Made by a program: the position numbers and the translations under genes | In this document: in pieces, positions 23,323-34,578 of the stretch | Numbering within the stretch: the stretch's first letter is position 1 | Layout: each line of letters opens with the position of its first letter | Notes under the pieces: generated by a model | What the model was told of the DNA's origin: nothing | The model's input: only the letters and a program-made list of their open reading frames with translations | Databases searched by the model: none | Assembly (NCBI GenBank): GCA_965205265.1 | Contig: CBDBGH010000001.1 | Location: 96,001-160,000 of the forward strand | Direction of reading: 5' to 3' | Origin: Alphaproteobacteria bacterium | GTDB lineage: Bacteria; Pseudomonadota; Alphaproteobacteria; Bin95 | DNA length: 64,000 bases

Positions 23323-25365
23323 ATGGATTTCCGAATGGCATTCGCGGGGTTTGTCCGCAAGGCCGCCGCGGCGGCCTTCGTGGTGGCGGTGGCGGCAGTA
23401 TTGTCATCTTGCGGCGGCGGGGGAGACCTGCCGACCCCACAAATCGATTCTCAGCGCGCTTCGGCACAAGCTCAGCTGACTGCCTTGCGGAGCGCCCACG
23501 GAGAGGCCGTCCGGGCTTTGGCCCGGCTGAAGACCGGCACAGGCGCCGCCACCCGAGCGGAAATCGCGGCCGCCGAAGCGGCGGTCCGGGCGCTGGACGC
23601 CGCGCTCGCGGCGGCCGTGGATGTCGCTGGCGCGGACCGCGCTCGGTACGGATCGACCCAGCTCAAGGCCGATCTGGCGGCGGTGAAAGCCGAGGCGCGG
23701 GAAAACATCCGGGGGCAAGAGGATGAGAGGCGACGCCAGAGACAGGCGGCGGCAGTTGATGCGGCCGCGGAGGCATTGAGTGATGCGTCTGAGCGTCTGC
23801 GCAGCCTTGGCGACAATGCGAGTTATGCGGAGATCACTGATGTCGAAACCGCGTTGGCATACCTGGAGACTCAAATCACCGCCGCCGCCGATTGGTCAGA
23901 TGACGCAAAGGATAGTTGGCGCGCGCCATTAGCAGGTGTAAGGCCCCGGCTTTCACGTCAAAGAGCGGCGTTGCTGGCAAGAACGCGCGCAAGAGACAGC
24001 TCTCGGAACTTTCGTCCAAGGGAGCGAGGGTGGTCCTATGGTCCGGCTTGGCAGCATAAGTCACCCGCAATCGACGACTTGTCCAGAGTTTCCAGTCGCG
24101 GTGGCATTGAGATCCGATCAGGTCGTTGGCGCGACCGGCAAGGTCGGGACGGCAGCGTCAGCGCCGCCCGATTGGCCGAATATTTCAACTCGGTTGCGCG
24201 GGTTGAACTTCGGGAAGAAGGTGATGTGATCAGGGCTAGGGATTTCGGCTCCTACAGGCGTGTCCGAGTGAACGACAATGCCACATCAGAGCAGCGTGCC
24301 GCTCTCGATAGAGCGATACAAAACATCAACGAAGTGCTGCCGTATGAAAAAGAGCTACGGCGGGGTTCGGATATCCCACGATTAATCGGCCCGATCAGCG
24401 GCGACGATTTGTATGACAGCCTCAAGGATGGAGAGATTCATATACACTTTACGGACGGACAACGGAACTGGCCGTACGATTGGGACAATTACGATGCCGC
24501 GGGCTTCGGCGGCGTGCAGACCACCTGTTTGGACCAGGATTGTTTGCAGACAAGGATCAAGACGGGCTATGCCTTAATTGACTGGAGCACTCGAAACGAC
24601 AAGGACGATCTTGTCACGCATGAGCTGCTCCATGCTCTCGGGATCTCAGGTCATGTCGAAGTCAGCCGCTTTCCCGACGCGATCCTCGCGCACCAAAACC
24701 AGGACGGCACCACATTGGATGTTTCCAGCACCGTGGAAGGAAAGGTCCTATTGGCCATCGCGACGAACCGGGTGGCGAACGGCACCCGATGGGCCGATGT
24801 CACTCCATCCAGCTTCGGGAATTGGGAGCGGGATGCGTTCCATCTCCTCGGCTGGGCGGACACCGGCAACGGGAGCGGAGACATCCAGTTCGGGGTCAGC
24901 TGGGCGAACGGACTCGCAACACCCTGGGCATTCGGCCATGCGAGACCGACTCGGCGGCTGCAAGACAATGCCGCATTCGGCGGCCGCGCCACATGGAACG
25001 GCGTTTTGCTGGCCGTCGACACCAAGGGTGAAGGTTCGGGCCGTACTGTGGCTGGCGACACCGAGATTTCGATTGAATTTTCGTCCCTCCAAGGCCGGGC
25101 GGATTTCACCGGGTTGGAATCCTGGTCCCCAGGAAGCCATCCGGGAACAGCCGCCAACGGCGAAATCTGGGGAGACGGCGACCTCGGATATTCCATCGAA
25201 GTACGCAATCAGGGTGATTTACAGTTCTTTTCCAGCACCAACGTTTCGTCAGCGGATGACCCGGGCGTTGTCAGCGGTTTGTTTGTTGGAACATCCCACC
25301 AAGGCACGACGGGAACCCTCGAGCATCCCGGGCTGATTGGCGCCTTCGGAGCTCTTCGGGAGTGA
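23323..25365 (+). CDS. Surface lipoprotein: helical stalk, zinc metallopeptidase and C-terminal TbpB-like beta-barrel
   Basis: Lipobox LSSC-GGGG, HELLHALGISGH, ATWNG...G.F.G...GAFGALRE C-terminus. Confidence 0.75.
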   Translation: MDFRMAFAGFVRKAAAAAFVVAVAAVLSSCGGGGDLPTPQIDSQRASAQAQLTALRSAHGEAVRALARLKTGTGAATRAEIAAAEAAVRALDAALAAAVDVAGADRARYGSTQLKADLAAVKAEARENIRGQEDERRRQRQAAAVDAAAEALSDASERLRSLGDNASYAEITDVETALAYLETQITAAADWSDDAKDSWRAPLAGVRPRLSRQRAALLARTRARDSSRNFRPRERGWSYGPAWQHKSPAIDDLSRVSSRGGIEIRSGRWRDRQGRDGSVSAARLAEYFNSVARVELREEGDVIRARDFGSYRRVRVNDNATSEQRAALDRAIQNINEVLPYEKELRRGSDIPRLIGPISGDDLYDSLKDGEIHIHFTDGQRNWPYDWDNYDAAGFGGVQTTCLDQDCLQTRIKTGYALIDWSTRNDKDDLVTHELLHALGISGHVEVSRFPDAILAHQNQDGTTLDVSSTVEGKVLLAIATNRVANGTRWADVTPSSFGNWERDAFHLLGWADTGNGSGDIQFGVSWANGLATPWAFGHARPTRRLQDNAAFGGRATWNGVLLAVDTKGEGSGRTVAGDTEISIEFSSLQGRADFTGLESWSPGSHPGTAANGEIWGDGDLGYSIEVRNQGDLQFFSSTNVSSADDPGVVSGLFVGTSHQGTTGTLEHPGLIGAFGALRE

Positions 25366-25599
25366 CTCGATAGTCGATCAATGGCTGGGCCCAGGTCGGA
25401 ATCTTTGGTCGGGGCAAAGTGTATCATTCCGAGTCCCATTGGAAGAACCCAGCCCAGCGGCCGTTCCCGACAGGCGTTGACGAGACAGAGCAGCATCCGC
25501 GTCCGCAGCCTGTCCGCGATTGCCGGGACAGCCGAGACGCACGAACCCAAACCGTCCTTGCCCCCATATCTCAAGCATCGGCAGGACAAACTCGCGGCG

Positions 25600-25845
25600 A
25601 ACAGGCACCGCCCCAATGATTCTGACGTGTACCCCCTTTCCAACCTTGATGCGCGCCGCAGCCTCGCGAACGGCAAGACCTTTTTCGATCGGCGTCTTCG
25701 CCCGTGCCAGTCTTTCAGCCGTGACGACAGCCTTGCGTCCACCTTTTCTTTCGCGCACGGCGGCGGCACCCAGGCCAGCGCGAGTTCTCTCCCGGATGAG
25801 GTCGCGTTCGAACCGGGCAAGGGCACCGAACAGGTGACCCATGCC
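25600..25845 (-). pseudogene. Serine resolvase/invertase C-terminal fragment
   Basis: HLFGALARFERDLIRERTRAGL.AA..R.RKGGR followed by an HTH-like segment. Confidence 0.75.
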
Positions 25846-26632
25846 GCGGTCCGGGAGACCGGCGGTGGTGGGTATTCCGAGGCCAGGGCACAGTTCGAGG
25901 GGAACCCGGACTATCCGGAGATGGATCGCCAGGACGCCTACGAGGCTGCCATCCGGGACGGCCTTCGCCGCCTCGACGAAACTGTACCCGTTCCCTCGGA
26001 GACCGAGCGTCGCGTGGCGCGCGCCGTGGTCGCGACACGGGGCACCGGGCGGCACGGGCTGGCGCTGGCCCCTGCGCAGGCGCTGGAGCGTGGGACGCCG
26101 CCGACCGCGGACAGCATCCGTAGGGAGCGGGATGCCGTCATGGGGCAGCTGCGGGATGGCACGGAGATTGTTGACCCATACGAGGGGCGGCCGTTCCTGC
26201 GACGGGTCTACCGCAGCTACATTGCCGCGGAGACCATCGAGATGTCGGAGGGGAGGGGACAGCTCCTCCGGCGCCTGGCCGACGGCGCGTCGCGGACGCG
26301 GGTCCGGGATAGGCTGTTGAGCCTGCACCGCGACGTCACCTATCCGGAGGCGTCTCCCTGGCGCCGACACCACGATGCCATCGCCCGCGCGGCCGGACTG
26401 GACCACCGCCACGAACGCGGCCTCGGCGTGGAGACCGACCTCTGAGGAGCGTTCGCGCCTCCTGTCGCCAAGGCCATACCTTTCTGCGGCTGTCGTTCGA
26501 TCATGAGGCGGCTGGCATCCGAATGGCGCAAGAACCAAGTGGAAAGGGGAGCACCACGATGGATGAATCGAAAGTTCGTTGCGCTGGCTCTCCTTTGCCG
26601 CATCGGATAGTGTTTGAGTAGGATCACGCCGG
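25842..26632 (+). repeat. About 790-bp near-identical duplicate of 43288-44078 (3' part of the FIC fusion gene plus downstream DNA)
   Basis: Direct sequence comparison; bounded by the resolvase fragment and the TGT transposon end. Confidence 0.9.
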
Positions 26633-26770
26633 TGTCGCGACAACCATATTTTTTCCACCTGCGGTTTTTCCACCCCGTTGATTTTACGAGACAAAAAATA
26701 TGGGCCGGTTGACCAGCCCTCCACCGCCATCCGCCTTGGGTTTTCCACAGAAAACCGCTTTTTCCACAGA
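26633..26770 (+). mobile_element. Orphan transposon end (TGT-type)
   Basis: TGTCGCGACAACCATATTTTT starts exactly where the 790-bp duplication stops. Confidence 0.55.
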
Positions 26771-26936
26771 TTCCCGACCAAATCTGCCCGTTCGGCAGGA
26801 GGATTCTGGCCGGAACGCTCCGATTTTCCTGGAATCACCCGCCTGCATCGGTTCCGGAAAGGATGCCCGGCGACTTACCTATGCCCGGCAAAACGCCTGA
26901 CTTCAATCCATACCCTGTTCAGGGAAGGGACGGCGG

Positions 26937-29930
26937 TCAAGCGGCTTCCCGGGCCTGCCGCAATGCGCGGTTGAAGAAGTGGCATGTCGCCTTCTCGCGC
27001 GCTTCCTGATCCGACAGCACGATGTTCCGCATCTCGCTGTCGCGCTGGAACAGGCGGATCGCTCCCTGCAGGAACGCATCCGCGAACGCCGAATACACCA
27101 CGTCCGGGGGGTTCCTGCGCAGCATTTCGGAAAGCTCCCCGTCGAGGATATCGCGGTTGACCTGCTCGAAGCGGATCATGTCGCCCTCGGTGAACCGGGT
27201 GCCGTGCCGTTCGTTGAACGCCTTCACGAGTTCCGACAGATCCTTTCTCTCGTCCTCCGTGTAGGGCTTCGCGCCGAACGCGCTGATGGGATCAAGCCCT
27301 TCCGTGTCACCGGCGGACAGGGAGGCGCTTCCCTCTTCCTTGCGGTCGACCCTGAACGCCTGCAGGCTGAGCATGTCCTCCGTGACCTCGATATCCGGTG
27401 GAATCCCGCGGTTCGGCAGCAGACGGGACAGCCAGCCGCCGTAGCAGGCCAGCTTCTCGAGTTCCGTGTCCTCCAGCGAGACGACCTGGGCGATGAAGGC
27501 GTAGAAGCGGCCGTAGCTCCCCAGGAGCTGGCGGAACCCCTCCTGCCGACCTTCGTCATCGTCGGCCTGGAACCGGTTGACCGCCTCCCGCACGAGTCCC
27601 TCGAGGCGCGGGCGGTCGGCGGCGCGGAGCGCTCCCCCGAAAAAGGTCCGGGCGAAGCGCTCGATATCGTCCCTGTCGAGGTAGCCGGAAGCGAAGAGCC
27701 GCCTTTCCAGGTCATATATCTGGTTGGGATCGGACATCGCATCGATGGCGGTTGCCTCATAGTACGGCCTGAAGGCTTCCTGGATGTCCTCGATGGTGTT
27801 CTGGAAGTCGAGGATGAAGGTTCGCTCCTTGCCCGGACAGGTCCTGTTCAGCCGGGAGAGCGTCTGCACCGCCTGGAGTCCGGAGAGCCTGCGGTCGACA
27901 TACATGGCGCACAGCCTGGGCTGGTCGAAGCCCGTCTGGTATTTCTCGGCCACGATCAGGATGTGGTAGGTATCGGGATACGGCGTCCCATCCACCCTGA
28001 GACCGTCGAAGCGTCCGGGAAGCTCGGTCTCGGCGAACCCGTTGAGCGACGTTTCGGTGAAGGTCTCCCCATCAAGCCTGAGATCGCCGGAGAAGGCGAC
28101 CAGCGCGTTCATGTCGTCATAGCCGTGGTTCCTGAGGTATTCCCTCACGGCGAGGAAATACCTGAGCGCATGCTCACGGCTCTGGGTGACGACCATCGCC
28201 TTCGCCTGTCCGTCCAGTTCGTGCAGGACGTGGCGGCGGAAATGCTCGACGATGATCCCGACCTTCTGGCCGATGGCCGTCGGGTGCAGGCTGGCGAAAC
28301 GTGCCACCGCTTTCTGGCCCCTGCGCCTGTACAGTTCAGGATCGTCCGCGATCGTCTTTTCCAGCTGGTAGTACGCCTCGTAGGTCATGTAGTTCCGCAG
28401 CACATCGAGAATGAACCCTTCCCCGATCGCCTGCCGCATCGAGTAGAGGTGGAACGGTTCGGGAAGCCCGTCCTCTCCGGTCATGCCAAAGCGTTCCAGG
28501 GTGACGTTGCGTGGCGTTGCGGTGAATGCGAGGAAGCTGATGTTCGCCTGCGGACCGCGCGCCTTCTGGTAGGCTGCGATCAGATCCTCGATGTCGTCGC
28601 TCGAACCGGCCTCCCGCGTCAGCGCGTCGGTCATGGCCTGGGCGCTCCTGCCCGACTGGCTCGAATGGGCCTCGTCCACGATGACGGCGAAATTGCGGTG
28701 TCCCTGCCCCGACAGTTCGGCCAGATGATCGGTGGAGAATTTCTGGATGGTGGTTACGATGATCCTTGCGCCGCCGGCGATGGCCTCCTTCAGCTGGCGG
28801 GATGTGCCGTCGATCCTCCTGACGACACCGGCTGTCCGCTCGAACTGCGACACCGTCTCCTGGAGCTGCCTGTCGAGGACAACCCGGTCGGTCACGATGA
28901 CCGCGGTGTCGAAGACCGCCCGGTCCCCGGCGTCATGCAGGTTGACCGCGTGATGCGCCAGCCAGGCGATGGTGTTGGATTTCCCGGAGCCTGCGGAGTG
29001 CTGGACCAGATAGTTCGAGCCGGTGCCGTGCTTGCCGGCATGGGCCATGATCCTGCGGACCGCGTCGAGCTGGTGGTAGCGCGGGAAGATCATCGCCGCT
29101 TTCCGGCCGCGGCCCTCAAGGTGCATGAACCGCCAGATGACGTCGAGCAGCACCGGGCGGGACAGGACCGCTTCGCCCCACGGGCCCGCCCTGTAGAGGT
29201 AGGCGATGCGGTGCTCATCCGGGATGTCCGCGTTACCGGCTCCTCCGTCACGTCCCCGGTTGAAGGGCAGGAAACGGGTCCGTCCGTTCATGAGCCGCGT
29301 CGTCATCGAGACATTGTCTTCGTCGAGCGCGAAATGGACAAGCGCACCGCGCCTGAAGGTCAGGAGAGGCTCGCCGGCCGGGGAGCGGTCGGTCCGGTAC
29401 TGCCTCTCGGCGTGCCGGAAGGTCGTGCCCGTCGGGATGTTCTTGACCTCCATCGTCACGACGGGCAGGCCGTTCAGGAAGAGCACCACGTCGATCCGGT
29501 TGCCGCACCGGGTGCTGTATTCGACCTCCTTCATGACCGAGAGGATGTTGGATTCGTATTCACGGATGCGTTCAGGAACCAGAGCGCTCGCTGGACGGGG
29601 AAAGCAGAGCTGGAACCTGATATTGGGTACGATCGTGATGCCGTTGCGGAGCACGTCGAGCGGCCCGCGTTCCCTGAGGTTCAGGTTCCGTTCCAGCTGT
29701 TTGAGGAAATACTCCCCGGCATTGCCTTTCTGTTGCCTGTAAAGTCTGTCCCATGCGTCCGGCTGCGATTCCTGGACGAAACGCAGCGTGAGCGCCCTGT
29801 CCATCGCGAGGGCGCGGTCGTAATCGGTCGTGGGGTCTCGTGGCTCATAGCCCTCGCCTGCAACCAGCTGCGCAACCATGTGGTCCTGAAGCATGCGCTC
29901 CTGATGGAGATTCCGGGCGGAAACGGTCAT
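26937..29930 (-). CDS. hsdR: Type I restriction subunit R
   Basis: RIDVVLFLNGLP..EVK nuclease motif, QHSAGSGKS, DEAH, FTATP, TGFDQP, QTLSRLNR. Confidence 0.95.
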   Translation of the reverse strand: MTVSARNLHQERMLQDHMVAQLVAGEGYEPRDPTTDYDRALAMDRALTLRFVQESQPDAWDRLYRQQKGNAGEYFLKQLERNLNLRERGPLDVLRNGITIVPNIRFQLCFPRPASALVPERIREYESNILSVMKEVEYSTRCGNRIDVVLFLNGLPVVTMEVKNIPTGTTFRHAERQYRTDRSPAGEPLLTFRRGALVHFALDEDNVSMTTRLMNGRTRFLPFNRGRDGGAGNADIPDEHRIAYLYRAGPWGEAVLSRPVLLDVIWRFMHLEGRGRKAAMIFPRYHQLDAVRRIMAHAGKHGTGSNYLVQHSAGSGKSNTIAWLAHHAVNLHDAGDRAVFDTAVIVTDRVVLDRQLQETVSQFERTAGVVRRIDGTSRQLKEAIAGGARIIVTTIQKFSTDHLAELSGQGHRNFAVIVDEAHSSQSGRSAQAMTDALTREAGSSDDIEDLIAAYQKARGPQANISFLAFTATPRNVTLERFGMTGEDGLPEPFHLYSMRQAIGEGFILDVLRNYMTYEAYYQLEKTIADDPELYRRRGQKAVARFASLHPTAIGQKVGIIVEHFRRHVLHELDGQAKAMVVTQSREHALRYFLAVREYLRNHGYDDMNALVAFSGDLRLDGETFTETSLNGFAETELPGRFDGLRVDGTPYPDTYHILIVAEKYQTGFDQPRLCAMYVDRRLSGLQAVQTLSRLNRTCPGKERTFILDFQNTIEDIQEAFRPYYEATAIDAMSDPNQIYDLERRLFASGYLDRDDIERFARTFFGGALRAADRPRLEGLVREAVNRFQADDDEGRQEGFRQLLGSYGRFYAFIAQVVSLEDTELEKLACYGGWLSRLLPNRGIPPDIEVTEDMLSLQAFRVDRKEEGSASLSAGDTEGLDPISAFGAKPYTEDERKDLSELVKAFNERHGTRFTEGDMIRFEQVNRDILDGELSEMLRRNPPDVVYSAFADAFLQGAIRLFQRDSEMRNIVLSDQEAREKATCHFFNRALRQAREAA

Positions 29931-31165
29931 TCGCGACCCTCCGGTTTCGAGTGCGTCCGGAGGTCGGTTTGCCTGGCCTCAGCCCAGGTCGCAACGTCGA
30001 TCTGGCCGGTGACCGCGGCGGTGATCAAAGCGGAACGGAACTCTCGAAGGAGAACGATCGACCGTTGCGTTTTTTCGACAATCTGCACAATCGTCGAGCG
30101 CCACGAGCGAAACTCATCAACAAAGCCGCACTGAAATTCCTTGGAAGGAAGCGGTATCTTGAAGCTGTAGAAGGCCTCAGTGCCTAAAGATGGCACAGCA
30201 CCAGGTTGAACCATTGATTTCATGTTTGCTTGTGACAAGCCAAGCAGGGCGAAATCCGGCTCGATCAGCCTGCCATTCGGAACGAACGCTGACATGTTGT
30301 TGTCAATGCAGGCAGCGCGGCCAAGCATTGAGAACCTTCCCAAGAGAACCGCGGCGCCGATTTTGGCGAAAACGATAGTGCCTTTGGGAAAGACTGTTGC
30401 TCGCAACGATCGTGCGATGTCTTCGGAAACCGTATCGTCTGTGTCGGTGATCGTTGCGTCAAGACCGTGAATCGCGAGATGTTTCACCTTGAAGAAGGCG
30501 ATGTCATTGGATGGGTCACCTTGAAGATTAACGGGAAATCCCGCGCCGTTCTTCAGCTTGCCGAGCAGACGAACACGCCATGCACGAGCATCTATCTGCG
30601 AAAACTTGTGCGCGATGTACGAATTCTCCCATTCCTGTACGAGTTCCGTCAAGCGCCGCTTCCTCTCGACCAGCCGGTCGATGCGGGCGGTCTCGCGGTC
30701 GAGGAAATCGGCGATGCGGCGCTGGGTGGTGAGGTCGGGCAAGTCGATTCCCATCGACAGAAAGGCATCTGGATATAAGCGAAGGCGTGACTCGATGATT
30801 CCCTTTGAACGCGCTTTGAAGACCGTATGCATATGTGCGGAGCGCAAGTAGTGGTGAATGAATCGCTGATCTGCGTAGAGCGGGTTCACCTGATAGACGG
30901 CATATGCTGGGCTAACAATTCCATCGTAGTCAGATACGCCGTACGCGCCTTTCCAAGCCAGCATATAGTTCATTACCAAGTCGCCTGCGTATACCCTACG
31001 GTATCCTTCCAATGACTCTGCGCGACTTTCGGCAGCATCTTCGCCAAAGACTTCGGCGCGTGGTTTCACGCCAAAGTATTCAGAGACTGACAATAGCGTC
31101 TCCTGACCTGTGGCGGAAAACTCAATTCGTTCGGGCATGAAATGCTTGAAACGCCTACGGCTCAC
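29927..31165 (-). CDS. hsdS: Type I specificity subunit S
   Basis: Two AT-richer TRDs; conserved P..TQRRIADFLDRETARID and EFRSALITAAVTGQIDV; GTG overlaps the hsdM stop. Confidence 0.9.
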   Translation of the reverse strand: MSRRRFKHFMPERIEFSATGQETLLSVSEYFGVKPRAEVFGEDAAESRAESLEGYRRVYAGDLVMNYMLAWKGAYGVSDYDGIVSPAYAVYQVNPLYADQRFIHHYLRSAHMHTVFKARSKGIIESRLRLYPDAFLSMGIDLPDLTTQRRIADFLDRETARIDRLVERKRRLTELVQEWENSYIAHKFSQIDARAWRVRLLGKLKNGAGFPVNLQGDPSNDIAFFKVKHLAIHGLDATITDTDDTVSEDIARSLRATVFPKGTIVFAKIGAAVLLGRFSMLGRAACIDNNMSAFVPNGRLIEPDFALLGLSQANMKSMVQPGAVPSLGTEAFYSFKIPLPSKEFQCGFVDEFRSWRSTIVQIVEKTQRSIVLLREFRSALITAAVTGQIDVATWAEARQTDLRTHSKPEGRE

Positions 31166-33177
31166 CCCGCCACTTCCTTCAGCAGCCCCGCGATTTCCGC
31201 TTCCAGCGCCTTCAGCTCGGCGTCTATCTCCTCCAGCGGGCGCGGGGGCACGTAGCTGTAGAAGTAACGGTTGAAGTTGATCTCGTAACCGACGCGGCCG
31301 ACCTGCCGGTCCCGGGAATCCACGTAGCTCCCGTCGACCCATGCGTCCGGCACGAAGGGCAGGACCTCGCGCTCCATGTAGTCCCGCCAGTCCTCGCCCA
31401 GGGGCACGCGCTCGTGGTCGCGCAGCTCGGTGTCCGGCTCCGGTCCGCCGTCCTTCCCGATGCAGACGTCCGCCGTTTCGTCCCGCTCGGAGAGCGCGGC
31501 CAGGATCGCCTTCCTGACCGGTGCGCCGGTCTTCAGGCCGCTGGCATCCAGCGCTTCCGACAGGGCCTTCCCGAAGGCGTCCCGATTGGTGAAGGTACCG
31601 TCACCCATGGTGCGGAGCGCGGCCTCGATGGCGGCCCTGCTGGCCCCGTCCTGCCGCGCATAGGCCCTCTGGCCGGAAAGGCGGGCAAGGCGTTCGGCAT
31701 CGACCCGGAAGTTCAGCCTCAGCGGACGCTCGACGCGGATCTCGCGGTAGCCGAAGTCGGCGGTGTCGAAGACGCGTGAAACCTCGTCCTCCCCCTCGCC
31801 GCCGCTCAGGAAGCCCGCGTGGATGCGCACGATCCCGGCCCGCGCCTCTTCCGGGATCTCCCGGCGCTTGCTGCCCAGGGACTTCCGCATGGATTTCCAG
31901 AAACGCTCGCCGCTCGCGTCGACCAGCTGCACCTTGCCCCGCCGGCTCTCGGGCTTGCGGTTGGTCAGCAGCCACACATAGGTCTGGATGCCGGTGTTGT
32001 GGAAGAGGTCGGTCGGCAGCGCCACGATGGCCTCGACCCAGTCGCTCTCCAGCATCCAGCGGCGGATCCCGCTCTCGCCCGAACCCGCCCCGCCGGTGAA
32101 GAGCGGCGAGCCGTTCATCACGATCCCGATGCGCGAGCCGGTCCCGTCGTCGCGCATCTTCGAGATCATGTGCTGCAGGAACAGGAGCTGGCCGTCCGAG
32201 ATCCTCGGCGTCCCGGCCCCGAAGCGCCCGTCCATCCCAAGGTTCGCGGCCTCGGCCTCGATCGGCCCCCGGTATTTCTTCCAGTCCACGCCGTAGGGCG
32301 GATTGGACAGCATGTAGTGGAACCTCCGTCCCGCGTGGGCGTCCCGGGTCAGCGTGTTGCCGAAGGCGATCCGCTCGGGGTCGTGTCCGGTCATCAGCAT
32401 GTCGGACCTGCAGATGCCGAAGGACTCGCCGTTGATCTCCTGCCCGAACAGCTCGACGCGGATCCCGGGGTTGAACCCCTTCAGGGCCTCCTCGGCCAGC
32501 GCCAGCATGCCGCCGGTTCCGCAGGCTGGGTCGTAGACCTGCCGGATGACTCCGCGGCCGGTCAGCCTTTCGTCGTCGTTGGCGATGAGCAGGTCCACGA
32601 TGAGGCGGATCACCTCGCGGGGGGTGAAGTGCTCCCCGGCCGTCTCGTTGGAGATTTCGGAGAAGCGGCGGATCAGCTCCTCGAAGAGATGGCCCATCGC
32701 GATGTTCGGGACTTTGTCCGGATGAAGGTCGATCCCGGCGAAGCGCTCGAACACGTTCCACAGGATGCCGCAGTCGTTCAGGCGCCTGAGCTGGTCGGCG
32801 AAGAGGAACCTGTCGAGCAGGATGTCACGGACGTTGCCCGAGAACCCGGTGACGTAGTCCAGCAGGTTGTCGTGAAGCTGGCCGGCGTCCTGGCCGCGCA
32901 GCCTGCCGAAGGTGAGGCTGGACAGGTTGTAGACCTTCACGTCGCCGCCGACCGCGCCGAAAAGGATCATGTCACGGGTGGCGTCATCCACGCCGTCGGG
33001 CAGGTCCCTGGCGGCGGCCAGGACAGCCTCCCTCGAGCCTTCCAGGATGCAGTCGAGGCGGCGCAGCACGACGAAGGGCAGGATGACCCGTCCGTATTCG
33101 GACTGCTTGAAGTCGCCGCGCAGGATCTCGGCGACCGACCAGACGAAACCGCCCAGGTCCCTGATTTCCACCGCCAT
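31162..33177 (-). CDS. hsdM: Type I methyltransferase subunit M
   Basis: AGEHFTPREV, YDPACGTGGML, LSNPPYG, VGYEINFNRYFY. Confidence 0.95.
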   Translation of the reverse strand: MAVEIRDLGGFVWSVAEILRGDFKQSEYGRVILPFVVLRRLDCILEGSREAVLAAARDLPDGVDDATRDMILFGAVGGDVKVYNLSSLTFGRLRGQDAGQLHDNLLDYVTGFSGNVRDILLDRFLFADQLRRLNDCGILWNVFERFAGIDLHPDKVPNIAMGHLFEELIRRFSEISNETAGEHFTPREVIRLIVDLLIANDDERLTGRGVIRQVYDPACGTGGMLALAEEALKGFNPGIRVELFGQEINGESFGICRSDMLMTGHDPERIAFGNTLTRDAHAGRRFHYMLSNPPYGVDWKKYRGPIEAEAANLGMDGRFGAGTPRISDGQLLFLQHMISKMRDDGTGSRIGIVMNGSPLFTGGAGSGESGIRRWMLESDWVEAIVALPTDLFHNTGIQTYVWLLTNRKPESRRGKVQLVDASGERFWKSMRKSLGSKRREIPEEARAGIVRIHAGFLSGGEGEDEVSRVFDTADFGYREIRVERPLRLNFRVDAERLARLSGQRAYARQDGASRAAIEAALRTMGDGTFTNRDAFGKALSEALDASGLKTGAPVRKAILAALSERDETADVCIGKDGGPEPDTELRDHERVPLGEDWRDYMEREVLPFVPDAWVDGSYVDSRDRQVGRVGYEINFNRYFYSYVPPRPLEEIDAELKALEAEIAGLLKEVAG

Positions 33178-33640
33178 CCGCGCCTCCGTCCGTCCGTTTC
33201 CCCGCGCGGATGTGCCCGCGTCCGCGCCGTGATACCCGTGAAGAATGAACAGATTCCCGGTGAGTGGTATCAGTAGCAGACCCGCATGGTCACTGTCCAC
33301 TGACTGCGGCAGGCGGATCGAATTCGATGGGATGGAGGGCGCTCACAGCGTCCTGTGGAAGAAAGGTGGGCTGGCCACCGACGGTAACCTGCGGCTGCTT
33401 TGCAAACCCTGCGACCGGGAAAAGGACAGTCGGTGATCGGTTTCAATGACCCAAATGGTCAAATGGTCCAGTGGAACATAAACCAGTGGAATGACCGTAT
33501 TGGTTATGGTGGTCGACTTCTGACATTTGGAACGACAGAAGTCGTTCCTGACGGTTCCTCTGCTGGTGCAACACTCATTGACTTCATTGTGTCGGCACCG
33601 CACTTGCTGGCCGCCTCAAACACGGACGGAAAGCCTCCGG

Positions 33641-34159
33641 ATGACCGGTGTGATATGTGAAGTCCTGAAGGATTTCCAGACCGCCATTGTAGGCGTGGTT
33701 GGTTTTGCCGGTGTGATCCTGACCCTGTCCGCCAACGCCTGCCTGACCCGCAGACAGCACGAGAGGGAACAGGCAGGGCGTCGCAGAGTGGTTGAGACTG
33801 GCCTGCATGAAGAGCTCGGAGCGTTTCCTGGAATGGTCGAACGGAACCTGGAACACATTGATTCAATCAAGGATAACGACCGCAGCGACCTGAACATCCT
33901 GCGTGTTCGCCCCATCGTTTCCGACCACCTGATCTTGGATGTTGGAATGCTTGAAAGGAACAGGGCACAGGCCGCACTGCGGGGCGTGATGACGGTGCAT
34001 GAGCTGAACAGGAAACTGGTTCTGTTCGCGGATGGAATATCGGAAGACTACATCCGTGTGAAAAGGGAAAAGACCGCTTGTCTGACAGCGGCGTACCAAA
34101 GCGCATTGCCTGGACTGCGTAAAGCTGTCGAAGCGCCTGCGCCCAATGAAAGACGATGA
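33641..34159 (+). CDS. Hypothetical protein with an N-terminal membrane segment
   Basis: FQTAIVGVVGFAGVILTL followed by a charged helical region. Confidence 0.5.
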   Translation: MTGVICEVLKDFQTAIVGVVGFAGVILTLSANACLTRRQHEREQAGRRRVVETGLHEELGAFPGMVERNLEHIDSIKDNDRSDLNILRVRPIVSDHLILDVGMLERNRAQAALRGVMTVHELNRKLVLFADGISEDYIRVKREKTACLTAAYQSALPGLRKAVEAPAPNERR

Positions 34160-34422
34160 ACGATGGGCCGGCAGGCCTATATGGTCAAGCCCACTCGTGT
34201 CCAGACAGCTTCCCGTAACCTGGCTGTCCGGCCTGTGCCGGACGGTTGACAGCTTCGCCGGAAAAAACGCCGCCCGCGGCCTGGCCGCGGGCGGACTTTA
34301 CCATGGTGGATCCCCTCATCCTGATCAGGGAAAGCACCACACTTGCCCCACAGCTGTCGCTTCCGTATGACTGACGCATGAAAAACGAATCGCCAGACGC
34401 CGCGGATTGTGGTAAGCTGAAG

Positions 34423-34578
34423 AAGCGGCCAAGCGGCCAAGCGGCCAAGCGGCCAAGCGGCCAAGCGGCCAAGCGGCCAAGCGGCCAAGCGGCCAAGCGG
34501 CCAAGCGGCCAAGCGGCCAAGCGGCCAAGCGGCCAAGCGGCCAAGCGGCCAAGCGGCCAAGCGGCCAAGCGGCCAAGC
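34423..34578 (+). repeat. Simple sequence repeat (AAGCGGCC)x19 plus AAGC
   Basis: Counted directly: 152 nt of perfect octamers at the 5' end of the MTase-HNH gene. Confidence 0.95.

Noticed and set aside
25381-26445. 354-aa ORF as a genuine fusion gene
   Set aside because: Its N-terminal half is the antisense of a resolvase remnant joined to a duplicated fragment; no convincing start.
26979-30134. 1051-aa plus-strand ORF and similar long antisense ORFs (4114-5484, 31819-33276, 57782-59569)
   Set aside because: Shadows of real GC-rich genes on the opposite strand, with no motifs of their own.
33245-33436. HNH-like remnant (GG...NLRLLCKPC) upstream of hsdM
   Set aside because: Too short and degraded to call as a gene.
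34423-34578. Repeat array as a CRISPR
   Set aside because: Contiguous 8-mers with no spacers and no cas genes.
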